This document shows, piece after piece, positions 30,643-40,459 of a DNA stretch of 64,000 nucleotides. The position numbers and the translations under genes were made by a program. Each line of letters opens with the position of its first letter. Positions within the stretch are counted from its first letter, which is position 1. The DNA comes from Sedimentisphaeraceae bacterium JB056 (GTDB lineage: Bacteria; Planctomycetota; Phycisphaerae; Sedimentisphaerales; Sedimentisphaeraceae), in assembly GCA_044440125.1 (NCBI GenBank), contig JBITAJ010000021.1, forward strand, positions 64,001 to 128,000, given 5' to 3'. Under the pieces are notes generated by a model. That model saw only the letters and a list, made by a program, of their open reading frames with translations, was not told where the DNA came from and made no database searches.

Positions 30643-31467
30643 TTACGGGTTTCTGGTAGGGTGAAAAGCCTTTCCGCTTTGCTGCTCAGCGGGGGTTGTT
30701 CCAACCCATGGCCACTCACCTTCCTTGCAGACATTACGGGCTTCTACATGGTTGTCAGCCATAAGGAAATTGCAATCTTCTCCGTGGTTTGGCGCAGGGC
30801 CATAATAATCATGCCTGCCTGACCTGTAGTCTCCATCCATCCAACCTTTAGCATATGCAGCCGGATGCGGATTAGAAAGCCCCATTCTCCACCCTGATCT
30901 TGCTTCCTGACCTACATTAAGAGGATCGCTTGTATCCAAATCTGCCAAAAGAGGAAGATTGGCAGGCAGTTTGACGGCTTCAGGCTTTTTCCACCACATT
31001 CGATCTGCAAGTTGAGAATTTCCTTGAGCACGTCTGTCGGTCTCGGTGAAATACCAGTTATAGCCGTAAATACCGGCAGCTCCTTCACCATCTTTATACT
31101 TGCCTACCCATTTTTCCTGTGTCGGACACTTAAAAACGCTATAGTCATAGGCACTATTCTCGCCTGAACGATTAAGATCATAGTAATCCATCAGCCTTAT
31201 AAACCACCGGCAATCACCATCAGCCTTACCCGCATTATTTTCCTGTATCGTGGCCCATGAACTCGGCAAGTGCCCATCATTATCCTGCATATAAAGCCTG
31301 AAAGTTGAACCGATATCCTTTTGCCTCGTTTTTCCTATAGTAGATTTGGCCTGTTCTCTCACCTTATTCAATGCAGGCATCAATATAGACATAAGAACTG
31401 CAATGATAGAAATAACAACAAGCAACTCTATGAGTGTAAAAGCTTTTTTGTAAACATTCATATTCAA
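30643..31467 (-). CDS. Prepilin-type N-terminal cleavage/methylation protein, H-X9-D(N) variant
   Basis: [47 protein letters not shown]. Confidence 0.88.
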   Translation of the reverse strand: MNMNVYKKAFTLIELLVVISIIAVLMSILMPALNKVREQAKSTIGKTRQKDIGSTFRLYMQDNDGHLPSSWATIQENNAGKADGDCRWFIRLMDYYDLNRSGENSAYDYSVFKCPTQEKWVGKYKDGEGAAGIYGYNWYFTETDRRAQGNSQLADRMWWKKPEAVKLPANLPLLADLDTSDPLNVGQEARSGWRMGLSNPHPAAYAKGWMDGDYRSGRHDYYGPAPNHGEDCNFLMADNHVEARNVCKEGEWPWVGTTPAEQQSGKAFHPTRNP

Positions 31468-31489
31468 ACCTCTTAAAAGTAATTATATT

Positions 31490-32668
31490 TTAGATTCCAG
31501 TATATTTCAGCAAATCAAGTTCATTCACTTTCTTTATTTCAATATTGACCAATGTAGTTGTCCTCGCAAGATAACCATCTATGAGCGACAGAAGCTTCTG
31601 AGCGGCACATTGCGTTATTTCTCTAAAAGGATCAACAAGAACATCAAGGTCAATATCACGCACGAATGGAGCAAGATTCACAAGAAAACTTCTATTACCA
31701 ATTACGGCAACCTTTCTTCCCAAAAGCAATGACTTGGCCTTATCAGGATTGGAAAGAAAGACATTATAAAGATGGTAGTTATTCGTGAAAAGAATTGCAG
31801 TATTCCTGTCGGATTTTTCGATGGCATCAAACACTATCTCATTCTGATTTTCGGTGAAACCCTGCAAATAAAATTGCTTGACCCTCTCGGAAGCATCATC
31901 AAGCAAACTCTCAAAAGCACGGCTAAGGCCCTGCTTGATTCCAATCGGCCAACCACAATATCGTTGTGATTCTAAATATCGAGGCTGTGAGAAATGGTTA
32001 AATAGTAATACGTTATCGCAACCAGATTGTATAAAACGTCGCCCTGAATCAAACCCTGCTTTTTCGTAGTCAGCCCCGACAAAAGCAACATCGCTGTCAA
32101 TGTTCGACCGTCTCGTCACTACAATAGGAAAATCATAGGAAGATAGATAATCAATAATTTTCCATTCTGAAGGCTCCGGATACAACCATATAAGCCCCTG
32201 ACAATTAGCTGAACTGATTATCTTCCTAACATCTTCCGGGTCGTCCCTTCTAATCAATTCTCCAGGCAAAACCGAACCAACCGCACCGCTTCTCTCACAT
32301 TCTTCAAGAAAACCGCGAATTGACTCAGCTCTGTAAGAATCCTCAAGCGCAGTAATATTCGTCTGGTGGAATATTGGCAGAATTGCAACACGTTTCAAAT
32401 TTGTACGGCTATCTATTTCCTGTTGCCTCTTATCCACAACAAATGTGCCCATACCGGGAACGGCTTTCAGTTCGCCATCTCTGATTAAATCAGCCATTGC
32501 CTGACGAACGGTATTGCTGCTTACGCCCGCTGCGTTTACAAATTCTTTCGTTGTCGGAAGCCTATCACCCGGACGAAACCTGCCATTATCAATCCCTTGT
32601 CTGATATACTCTAACAACTGAGTCTTAGCTGGGGAGCCGCTCTTTTTTTCAATAACCAAAGTATTCAT
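31490..32668 (-). CDS. GntR family transcriptional regulator with C-terminal periplasmic-binding-like domain
   Basis: PGDRLPTTKE, VSSNTVRQAMADL, PGMGTFV; start moved to ATG 32668 (RBS-like AAGGGA; predicted promoter ends at 32701). Confidence 0.88.
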   Translation of the reverse strand: MNTLVIEKKSGSPAKTQLLEYIRQGIDNGRFRPGDRLPTTKEFVNAAGVSSNTVRQAMADLIRDGELKAVPGMGTFVVDKRQQEIDSRTNLKRVAILPIFHQTNITALEDSYRAESIRGFLEECERSGAVGSVLPGELIRRDDPEDVRKIISSANCQGLIWLYPEPSEWKIIDYLSSYDFPIVVTRRSNIDSDVAFVGADYEKAGFDSGRRFIQSGCDNVLLFNHFSQPRYLESQRYCGWPIGIKQGLSRAFESLLDDASERVKQFYLQGFTENQNEIVFDAIEKSDRNTAILFTNNYHLYNVFLSNPDKAKSLLLGRKVAVIGNRSFLVNLAPFVRDIDLDVLVDPFREITQCAAQKLLSLIDGYLARTTTLVNIEIKKVNELDLLKYTGI

Positions 32669-32700
32669 ATTAAGTCCCTTATTTGTGTTTATCATTAAAA

Positions 32701-32729
32701 ATCTTAATAATTGAGAGAATTAATGTCAA
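32701..32729 (-). promoter_or_regulatory. sigma70-like promoter for the GntR cassette
   Basis: TTGACA (32724-32729), 17-bp spacer, TAAGAT (32701-32706) on the minus strand. Confidence 0.55.
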
Positions 32730-33110
32730 GAGAAATTGCCAAGAAAAAAGTATTTTACAGACAAGTAATTACTCACTTCAAAATAATCAAAAAACATAAA
32801 AACGAGAAAAAAAAGCTCAAAATAGAGCTAAAATCAAATTATCAAGGAAAATTACTACTTTATAAAGCCCTAAAACGAGAGAAACAATAAGAAATTACTA
32901 AAAAACAGCAACTAATAAATACTTGAAATATTTCTGACATTACAAAACACGCAAAGTTACAATACTCAAATTACAAACAATTAGAATAGTCATCCCCGAA
33001 AACACATAAGTTCCACCAACTGCATCTTTACATATGAAATGACATGGGCATTTTTTTGAGAACAAGCGCATATTTTCTGAATAGTAGCAAAATTAGGCCC
33101 CCTTAGAAAT

Positions 33111-33287
33111 TCACGCCAGCGTAAACACGTCCTTGGTCAATTCAGCAAATATTGTCACCACGAAAGAATCCATCAATCATTAGGTCGGGGAATAGAGCCA
33201 AAACACAAACTCAATGATAACACTGATATCCAATGCATAGAAAGACTCGGCGGTCTCCTGAAATCATACCACCGCCTTGCTGCTTGA
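33111..33287 (+). pseudogene. C-terminal remnant of an rve/integrase-core-domain transposase
   Basis: Manual translation SRQRKHVLGQFSKYCHHERIHQSLGRGIEPK...IQCIERLGGLLKSYHRLAA*; matches the ERxHQxL...RLGGLLxxYxRxAA tail of integrase-core proteins; in-frame stop upstream at 33078-33080, no start. Confidence 0.7.
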
Positions 33288-33641
33288 AAAACTTACTATT
33301 CAATCTGATCCTGCAGCACCGTCGCGTCAAGACACATGCGTTCGGCATTTAACAAAGTAAAAGGTCATTGTTTCCTACAACACACAACGTAATTACTATG
33401 CATCAAGTATAAAAACAGCTCAAATCAAAGCAATTAACCCATTAAAAAGTAAAGACTTGATAACGGATAAGTTTTTGCACCACACGCGTTTTTTGATCCT
33501 GGATTTATAAATCCTATTTTACTGACAAAGATATTCGTTCTCAAGTGCCTATCTACAGCAAATTGAGGAACTACTTAGCTAAAAGACGATAATATAATAT
33601 TATCTAAATTTTCCAACTTGTAATAATCACAATATTACTGA

Positions 33642-34691
33642 TTACGCCTGAATTGTAAGTAACTCTTCTTTTACCTCACCCTTGAGAGGTCTATCATTGA
33701 GATACCTGAGCAACTCATCAACAACAAATGAACCTAATCTGCGTCTCTCATTGCCCATTGCTCCGGCAAGATGAGGGGTTATCATTACATTAGGAAGTGT
33801 ATACAGCTCAGAATCCTCCAGCGGAGGTTCGGGATTCGTCACGTCAAGAATGACGGTGATATCGGTCCGTTCTTTCAGGACATCTATCATCTCGTCTTCT
33901 CTTACAAGAGCTCCGCGTGCGGTATTAATAAACGTGCTGCCGTATTTCATACGAGAAAAATGGTCGCCGGTTATCATTCCCTCAGTCTCATCAGTAAGTG
34001 GAGTATGAAGCGACACAATATCGGATCTGCTGAAAACGTCATCAAGTTCCGCAAGATTTATATCCAATCCTTTAAGGTCTTCGGGCAAGATATAAGGATC
34101 ATACGCGATTAGGTCAAGATCAAATTTTTCAAGGTGCTCACATAACAGCCTTGCTATTGTTCCAAGAGAGATTATGCCAACAGCAGCGTTATACCCCCCC
34201 GGAACATTGCATACAGAAGGGGCAAAAGTTTTCTCAGCCCTTATCTTGTTTGCATAGTACCAACTTCTCTTCAAGCTCAACAGAATTTGCCCAAGCGTAT
34301 ATTCCGCAACCGGAACAGCGTTTGCAATCGCAGCGCTGCTGACACGTACGCCCTTTTCCCATAGGGATTTGGTCACAAAATGTTTAACCGAACCCGAGCC
34401 ATAGAAGATTATATCAAGGTTATCAGTATAACTTAAAAGCTTATCATCGAACAATGGAACTCCCCAGCCGGAAAATATGATATCTGCATCTTTAATAATA
34501 TTCGGATTTTCCTTGACTGATTCACGTGTTTGCAAAGGAGCATATATATCGACCTGAGACCTTATAATATCAACTTGTTCAGGACCGTATATTTCATCGA
34601 AGGCTTTTTTGTCGAGAATGAATAAACCTTTAGGTCTTTCATAATCATCAAGTTCAGTCTGTATATTTTTTTTTCGTATTGTCTGTGTCAT
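33642..34691 (-). CDS. D-isomer-specific 2-hydroxyacid dehydrogenase
   Basis: GIISLGTIA, SLHTPLTDET, FINTARG, LDVTNPEP, ITPHLAG. Confidence 0.9.
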   Translation of the reverse strand: MTQTIRKKNIQTELDDYERPKGLFILDKKAFDEIYGPEQVDIIRSQVDIYAPLQTRESVKENPNIIKDADIIFSGWGVPLFDDKLLSYTDNLDIIFYGSGSVKHFVTKSLWEKGVRVSSAAIANAVPVAEYTLGQILLSLKRSWYYANKIRAEKTFAPSVCNVPGGYNAAVGIISLGTIARLLCEHLEKFDLDLIAYDPYILPEDLKGLDINLAELDDVFSRSDIVSLHTPLTDETEGMITGDHFSRMKYGSTFINTARGALVREDEMIDVLKERTDITVILDVTNPEPPLEDSELYTLPNVMITPHLAGAMGNERRRLGSFVVDELLRYLNDRPLKGEVKEELLTIQA

Positions 34692-34724
34692 TTTGATGCT
34701 TTACAAAGTAATCTCAATCTATTT

Positions 34725-36263
34725 TCAGGAACGGCCTGATTCCTTTGCAAGATATTCCTGATATATTTTCAGCTCCGGATCTTTTGTCCTTTTCATTTCC
34801 GACAGTAAAAGCTGCCTGGCTTTATCAATCTTTTCCCTGTGAATTCTGTCAGAAGCCAGATTATACCAGCAACCAGAATCATTCGCTACATTAAAAAGCT
34901 CCTCAACCGGCCGGTTCAGATATATTTCAGCTTTTTCAGAATACTCAGGATTGGAATTTTTATATTTCATAAGCATGTCAAGAACAGGATCCTTACCACC
35001 GGCATTCTCCGTAATATCATCCCTGCTAATCGCAAAAGAATTCCATATATACAAGTAATCAGTATCAGCTACGGCACGCATAGGATAATACTGCTCGTCA
35101 CTTCCATCGGCAAGCCAGTTGGCCGCGGTATAAACATAACCCCGTTTGCCCGCATTAGACTTTTCATTGAGAATATCAAAGAAAGACATCCCCTCTATGC
35201 CTTTGACCGGCTCAAGTCCCAATGCCTCGATAACTGTAGGCATTATATCAATGGACGAAACCGGGCTGTCACCATATCTTACACCAGAGCTTACCTTATT
35301 CGGCCATCGGACTATCAAAGGGGTCTTCGTACTGCTGTAATAGCATCCCCATTTGCCGCCGGGAATGGTTATTCCGTTATCTGAGAGGAAAACAACAATC
35401 GTATTATCCCTCTGCCCGCAATCATCGAGTGCCTTAAGTATCTGCCCTACCGCATCATCCATTCTCTTTACAGAATTGAAATAAGGAACAAGATATTCCC
35501 GCAGTTCAGGAACATCGGGCAAAAATCCCGGGACATCAATATCTGCCGGTTTGTAGTCTGACGAAGGAACAGGATACTTAAGATATTTTTCCCTGTTTAT
35601 TCGTTCCGAACCAAGAAGAGCCTCGTACTCATCCTTAAGCTCGTTTTCTTTTTGTGTATCCGGCCATGGCCAATGAGGATCGATTATATTGTCGTAAAGA
35701 AAGAATGGCTTTGCTTCTCTCTTTGACTGCTCGATAAAGTCTTTGGTTCTTTCATAAAAAACCTGAGGGTCCCTATCATCACTGCCCATACCCCACGGTT
35801 CACACTCATACATAACATCAAATGTCTTGGCTATTAACCTGCTGTGCTTATTGATCGCACCTGTAAAATAACCGTTATCATGCAGATATGTTGACAGATC
35901 AGGTGTATGGGGCATAGGCGGCTGCCAGTCGTCGGGCGGGCAAGCTGTCTTGTGTCCCATTGCGCCGCTGCAATGAGGATACCGGCCACTGAGCAAGGCG
36001 TTTCTTGATGGACCGCAAATGGATGTCATAACATGGGCCTCTTCAAACAATACGCCTTGAGAAGCCAGCCTGTCAACATTAGGTGTTATCTTCGGCACCT
36101 TGCAGCCGGTAACCCCCAGGGAATCCCAGTTAAGATCATCGGCAGTAATTATCAAAACATTCGTCTGCCTATTTGCTTGATCTGCAAAAGACATCAAGGG
36201 AGCCGCCATAAAAGAAGCTCCTATACAGGCAAGAAAGTCTCTTCTATTTATCTTATTATTCAT
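34725..36263 (-). CDS. Tat-exported sulfatase (N-sulfoglucosamine sulfohydrolase-like)
   Basis: NRRDFL Tat signal; ITADDL, CGPSRNALLSG, DPHWP, SDNG; start moved to MNNKINRRDF. Confidence 0.85.
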   Translation of the reverse strand: MNNKINRRDFLACIGASFMAAPLMSFADQANRQTNVLIITADDLNWDSLGVTGCKVPKITPNVDRLASQGVLFEEAHVMTSICGPSRNALLSGRYPHCSGAMGHKTACPPDDWQPPMPHTPDLSTYLHDNGYFTGAINKHSRLIAKTFDVMYECEPWGMGSDDRDPQVFYERTKDFIEQSKREAKPFFLYDNIIDPHWPWPDTQKENELKDEYEALLGSERINREKYLKYPVPSSDYKPADIDVPGFLPDVPELREYLVPYFNSVKRMDDAVGQILKALDDCGQRDNTIVVFLSDNGITIPGGKWGCYYSSTKTPLIVRWPNKVSSGVRYGDSPVSSIDIMPTVIEALGLEPVKGIEGMSFFDILNEKSNAGKRGYVYTAANWLADGSDEQYYPMRAVADTDYLYIWNSFAISRDDITENAGGKDPVLDMLMKYKNSNPEYSEKAEIYLNRPVEELFNVANDSGCWYNLASDRIHREKIDKARQLLLSEMKRTKDPELKIYQEYLAKESGRS

Positions 36264-36264
36264 T

Positions 36265-37680
36265 TCATTTCTCCATGATGTTGTGGCCATTGTTCAGTAA
36301 CTCTCTCATCTCTGCCACAACCTCCTGCAGGTATTCTACATCAATCAGATTTCTGTACTCACCCGGATCACTGAGATGATCATAAAGCTCTTCAATACCA
36401 TTATCCCATTTTGTATAACGCCATCGCTGTGTACGAACCGAACGGCCGATATATTTATGTTTTATTTGACTGTATGCACATTTTTTCCATTTTCTTCGCG
36501 GCTGCTCCAGAAGACTCTTAAAACTGATGCCTTCCAGATCATCTGACACTTCAAGCCCGCACAAATCCGCAAGCGTTGGATAAAGATCAACAAGTTCGAC
36601 GAAACCTTCAGTCTCAAATGCGGTCTTGGTAATATCCGGGTCGTATACAATCAAAGGCACCCTGGCATCAATGTCGAATAAAGTGTTCTTGTTCCACCAA
36701 TCATGCTCACCAAGATGAAAACCGTGATCGCTTGTAAAGACAACCACAGTATCTTTCCAAAGCTGCTGCGCATCAATCTCATCAAGGAGCTTTCCAAACA
36801 TTGAATCAGTAAAAGAAGTACATGCATAGTAAGCCCGCATAAACTCACGTTTGCTTTTTTCTGTGAGTCCCTTATCCAAACCTGATTTCCAGTCCTGGCT
36901 GTACTCGTTTATGTATGTAAGCTCATTCTCAAAACTGCTGTTCTCTGGAACAAACGCAGGAACAAACTGATCAACATCATAAAGATCAAAATATTTTTTC
37001 GGAGCTCTAAGCGGACCATGAGGTCGAAAGAAGCCGACTGTCAGGAAGAACGGCTTATCTTTAGGTCGGTTTTTCAAAAAATCTATACCGAAGCTCAAGT
37101 TCTTGCTATCTGGTTCCACACTGTCATCAGCATCAACAATTCCGTAATCTGCCCACTTGACCAGCCCGCCGGTAACATTGACCATCTCAACATCGTCGGA
37201 TTCAGAAACATCATAGGGCATAAAACTTTCATCCCAGGCTTTCACGTCATCATTCTTCATCTGCCCATGAAACAGTTTTCCGCCGCGGCCAGTGTAATAC
37301 CCGTTCTGCTTAAAATAATAAGGCATAGTAACAACATCTGGCATCACTTGGTGCCAGGCGACGGAGTTATCGCTTATACCCGTAGTATCGGGGCGCAGGC
37401 CCGTAATTAAAGCCGTTCTGCTTGGGTTGCAGATAGGACCCTGACAAAAAGCATTCTTAAACACAACGCTTTTTTCCGCAAAGCGGTCGACATTTGGAGT
37501 CTTAGCTATCGGGTCTCCGTAACAGCCAAGTATTGGACGCAGGTCCTCTACTACTACAAATATCACATTTTTCTTTGCTGCTCTAACTACCTTATGACTA
37601 ACCTGCTGACTCTTAGCCAGTGGTACTCCAGCCATCAAAGCAGCACTAAGTTTTGTAAAATTACGCCTGCTTAATTCCAT
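36265..37680 (-). CDS. Tat-exported sulfatase (iduronate-2-sulfatase-like)
   Basis: SRRNF signal; EDLRP, CNPSRTALITGLRPD, GKLFH, GFFRPH, SDHGFHLGEH, KNTLF. Confidence 0.87.
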   Translation of the reverse strand: MELSRRNFTKLSAALMAGVPLAKSQQVSHKVVRAAKKNVIFVVVEDLRPILGCYGDPIAKTPNVDRFAEKSVVFKNAFCQGPICNPSRTALITGLRPDTTGISDNSVAWHQVMPDVVTMPYYFKQNGYYTGRGGKLFHGQMKNDDVKAWDESFMPYDVSESDDVEMVNVTGGLVKWADYGIVDADDSVEPDSKNLSFGIDFLKNRPKDKPFFLTVGFFRPHGPLRAPKKYFDLYDVDQFVPAFVPENSSFENELTYINEYSQDWKSGLDKGLTEKSKREFMRAYYACTSFTDSMFGKLLDEIDAQQLWKDTVVVFTSDHGFHLGEHDWWNKNTLFDIDARVPLIVYDPDITKTAFETEGFVELVDLYPTLADLCGLEVSDDLEGISFKSLLEQPRRKWKKCAYSQIKHKYIGRSVRTQRWRYTKWDNGIEELYDHLSDPGEYRNLIDVEYLQEVVAEMRELLNNGHNIMEK

Positions 37681-37682
37681 GT

Positions 37683-38915
37683 TCAATCCAAAGATTTAAT
37701 ATGAGTTAAACCTATAGTAGCCGCATGATGCTCACCTTTATTCTCAAGCCCCCTGTTATGAGTTTTGATAACAGCTTCTATTTCTTCATGTCCGGGATAA
37801 TGAGCATTTATCCAGTCGTAAACATGAGTATAATGAGTCGGCACGCTGTCGCCTTTATAGAGGCCGTTTTTCAGCGAAGCGTCATCTTTCTCTATGAATT
37901 CAGCATAATAACTGTAGAGCAGGAACAGATTTTCGCCTCCAGGTGCGGTATAAGAAAATAAATCGACACCATTATTATAAGCCATCTCTGCAAGGTAAGT
38001 TAGAGCCATTCCATGATACATCGCATAGCCAAGCCCTTTATGTTCATGTGAGCGATACCTGTCGTATATCTCACCTGCGGCAATGGTATCCTTATGAGCA
38101 TCATGGGTATCATCTCCGGGCATAAGTATAGCACCGGCAAGCATCTCCTTGAAATCACGGGGATTTTCGCCACTGTCTACAGCAAATGCTGCAAAGCGGT
38201 TATCCTGCAGTGCGAAACCTATCGCCCCAATCGCTGCATTATGCCAGGAAAGATGATTGTTATAGTATTGATTTCCATAATAGTCATTCGCCGTCCAGGC
38301 CAAATGCCAATACTTCAATCTGAAACCGACTTTAGTCAGCCATAGCCTTATATCCTGGATCTCTTCCGCTGTAAGTTCCGGATAAACGAGAGTATACGCA
38401 TGTGCATAAAAGACAAAAGGCACACCTCCAAGCAAACCGAGATCAGCATCCCAATAAGGATAATCTCTTCGGCTCTCCAGGTTAATAATCGGCTCGGGCT
38501 TGGTACGCGCCCATTCAATCAGTATCTTCTTTGAATAATCCAAATACTCTTTATTACCTTCCATAAGCCATACAAATGCACAATCTCTGGCCGCACAGAA
38601 ACTTCTGCTGCATACCGGATGAACAGCATCTTCGCTTTTATGCCCGGGCTGAGTTTTTGTATAAATCTCTATTGGTTTATTCAGGGTCTCAGATGCATGT
38701 TTTTTTATAAGTTCATAGCTTGCATACCATGGCTGAGCCTTTGCAGCTACTCTCTTCTTAGCAACAGCTATCATTTCAGGAGTCGTTACAGTAACCGGAA
38801 CTTTACTTTCTTCAAAAGTCTGATTCAACTTCTTTTTCACTAAAAGTTCACTTCTCTCATCAGCAAGAAGAAATGCTGAAAACAATAACAATCCAAAAAA
38901 CATTTTATTTAACAT
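37683..38915 (-). CDS. Alginate lyase family-like (alpha/alpha toroid) polysaccharide lyase, untagged
   Basis: AQPW, YYNNHLSWH, NPRDFKEM, GEIYDRYR, KGLGYA, NGVDLF; paralogue of 40460..41794; ATG 38915 has a GGAG RBS. Confidence 0.65.
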   Translation of the reverse strand: MLNKMFFGLLLFSAFLLADERSELLVKKKLNQTFEESKVPVTVTTPEMIAVAKKRVAAKAQPWYASYELIKKHASETLNKPIEIYTKTQPGHKSEDAVHPVCSRSFCAARDCAFVWLMEGNKEYLDYSKKILIEWARTKPEPIINLESRRDYPYWDADLGLLGGVPFVFYAHAYTLVYPELTAEEIQDIRLWLTKVGFRLKYWHLAWTANDYYGNQYYNNHLSWHNAAIGAIGFALQDNRFAAFAVDSGENPRDFKEMLAGAILMPGDDTHDAHKDTIAAGEIYDRYRSHEHKGLGYAMYHGMALTYLAEMAYNNGVDLFSYTAPGGENLFLLYSYYAEFIEKDDASLKNGLYKGDSVPTHYTHVYDWINAHYPGHEEIEAVIKTHNRGLENKGEHHAATIGLTHIKSLD

Positions 38916-38926
38916 AATCACTCCAT

Positions 38927-40447
38927 TTATTTCAGTATATCTATTGGCATCGTATTTGGGCTGGTCATTGTACCTGTATCACCTTTTGCCCAGAAACCTA
39001 TTGAATCGGCGTTCATAAGCTTTTTAAGAAGGTATTTGCCATCCCAAAACTTATCCTCAAACTTTTCAAGCCACTGTTGAGTCTTCGCCTCAAGCTCGGC
39101 TCTGACTTCCGCATATTCAGGGTCATCAAACCTGTTATTGAGTTCGTAAGGATCTGCCTTTCTGTCGTACAAGACATTAGCCGATTCATCAAACCCTTTA
39201 CCTTTCTGTTTGGAAGAGACGTAGACGGTACCTCTGGCATACGTATATCGCTTCGTATACACGCCACGCCATGCCGGAGCGAAATACATCAGAGGCACAG
39301 AATCGGCTCCATCATCGGTGCCATCAATTATATCAGACGCAAGGCTGATACCCTGAACAGTTTCTGGCGACCTGATACCAAGCATAGAAAGGGTTGTCGG
39401 CATTATATCCATTGTGCCGAGCAATGCGTCTGTAGTCGCGGCTTTGCGGTGAGAGCCCGGCATTTTAAGGATAAACGGCACACCGACAGATTCTACTTCA
39501 GGGCAACTTTTAGGACCCCATCTTTTATTTGAACGAAGCATATCACCGTGATCAGCGGTAAATATAATAAGAGTATTCTCATAAAGGCCAAGCTCTTTAA
39601 GCTTCTTTACAAGCTCACCGAAAGCCTTGTCAACACCTGTTATCATCGCCATATGCCCATGATAGGCTTGTCTGATTTGCGGCGTATCCTCTGCGTTAGG
39701 ACGAAGCTTTATCTTAGCCGGATCATAAAGTTCAAGCAGTTCTTTCGTTGCTCCATCAAGATAAGTAGAAGGATAATTATCGGCTCCTACATTATGTGGA
39801 GGATGCCAGGAAACAAACGCCGCAAAAGGTTTATCGGCATTTTCCTTGATAAATTCGCAAGCCTGCTGAGTCTGACCGTAAGGCTCCCATTTATCGAAAT
39901 ACACCTTCTTTCCATTCTCATCAAAGTAGAAACACTTTTCAGGCTGATAATTCAAGTGGCAGTTATTGCTTTTGAATACATCAAAGCCGTGCCTGCGTTT
40001 ACCGGCAGGAATTGCTCTGTCTCTGTCGCCGCCGTAAAGATGCCACTTTCCAAAATAGCCTGTAGAATAACCTTCTCGTTTCAATACCTCGGCAAAACTG
40101 TTGCCGTCAGTATTAAGAAGTTGAATATCATTACTGAAACAACCATTATAAAGCGGATGACGACCGGTAAAAAGCATGCCGCGATAAGGCGTGCAGACAG
40201 GCTGAGATGATACACAATTATCAAAACGTATAGAATCTTTCGCAAACTCATCAAGGTTAGGGGTTATTATCTGCTTATTACCATAACAGCCAAGCATATC
40301 CCTGCTGTGCTGATCGGAAAATACAAAAACCAGATTCGGTTTTGCTGCAGATTTTGCAGTATTTAGATTTTGGCATCCAAAGGTAAAGCCGGCAGTTGCA
40401 GCAGCTACTGAGCCTTTAAGAAATTTCCTTCTGTCTAAGTTGTGCAT
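38927..40447 (-). CDS. Tat-exported sulfatase
   Basis: DRRKFLK signal; SDQH, CTPYRGMLFTG, GKWHL, PPH, ADHG. Confidence 0.88.
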   Translation of the reverse strand: MHNLDRRKFLKGSVAAATAGFTFGCQNLNTAKSAAKPNLVFVFSDQHSRDMLGCYGNKQIITPNLDEFAKDSIRFDNCVSSQPVCTPYRGMLFTGRHPLYNGCFSNDIQLLNTDGNSFAEVLKREGYSTGYFGKWHLYGGDRDRAIPAGKRRHGFDVFKSNNCHLNYQPEKCFYFDENGKKVYFDKWEPYGQTQQACEFIKENADKPFAAFVSWHPPHNVGADNYPSTYLDGATKELLELYDPAKIKLRPNAEDTPQIRQAYHGHMAMITGVDKAFGELVKKLKELGLYENTLIIFTADHGDMLRSNKRWGPKSCPEVESVGVPFILKMPGSHRKAATTDALLGTMDIMPTTLSMLGIRSPETVQGISLASDIIDGTDDGADSVPLMYFAPAWRGVYTKRYTYARGTVYVSSKQKGKGFDESANVLYDRKADPYELNNRFDDPEYAEVRAELEAKTQQWLEKFEDKFWDGKYLLKKLMNADSIGFWAKGDTGTMTSPNTMPIDILK

Positions 40448-40459
40448 TGATAAACTTTC

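Noticed and set aside
32730..33000. AT-rich stretch with an AGTAATTACT palindrome (32764-32773) and AAATTACTA repeats as a GntR operator
   Set aside because: Low-complexity context makes chance occurrence likely; no convincing second copy at a cassette promoter
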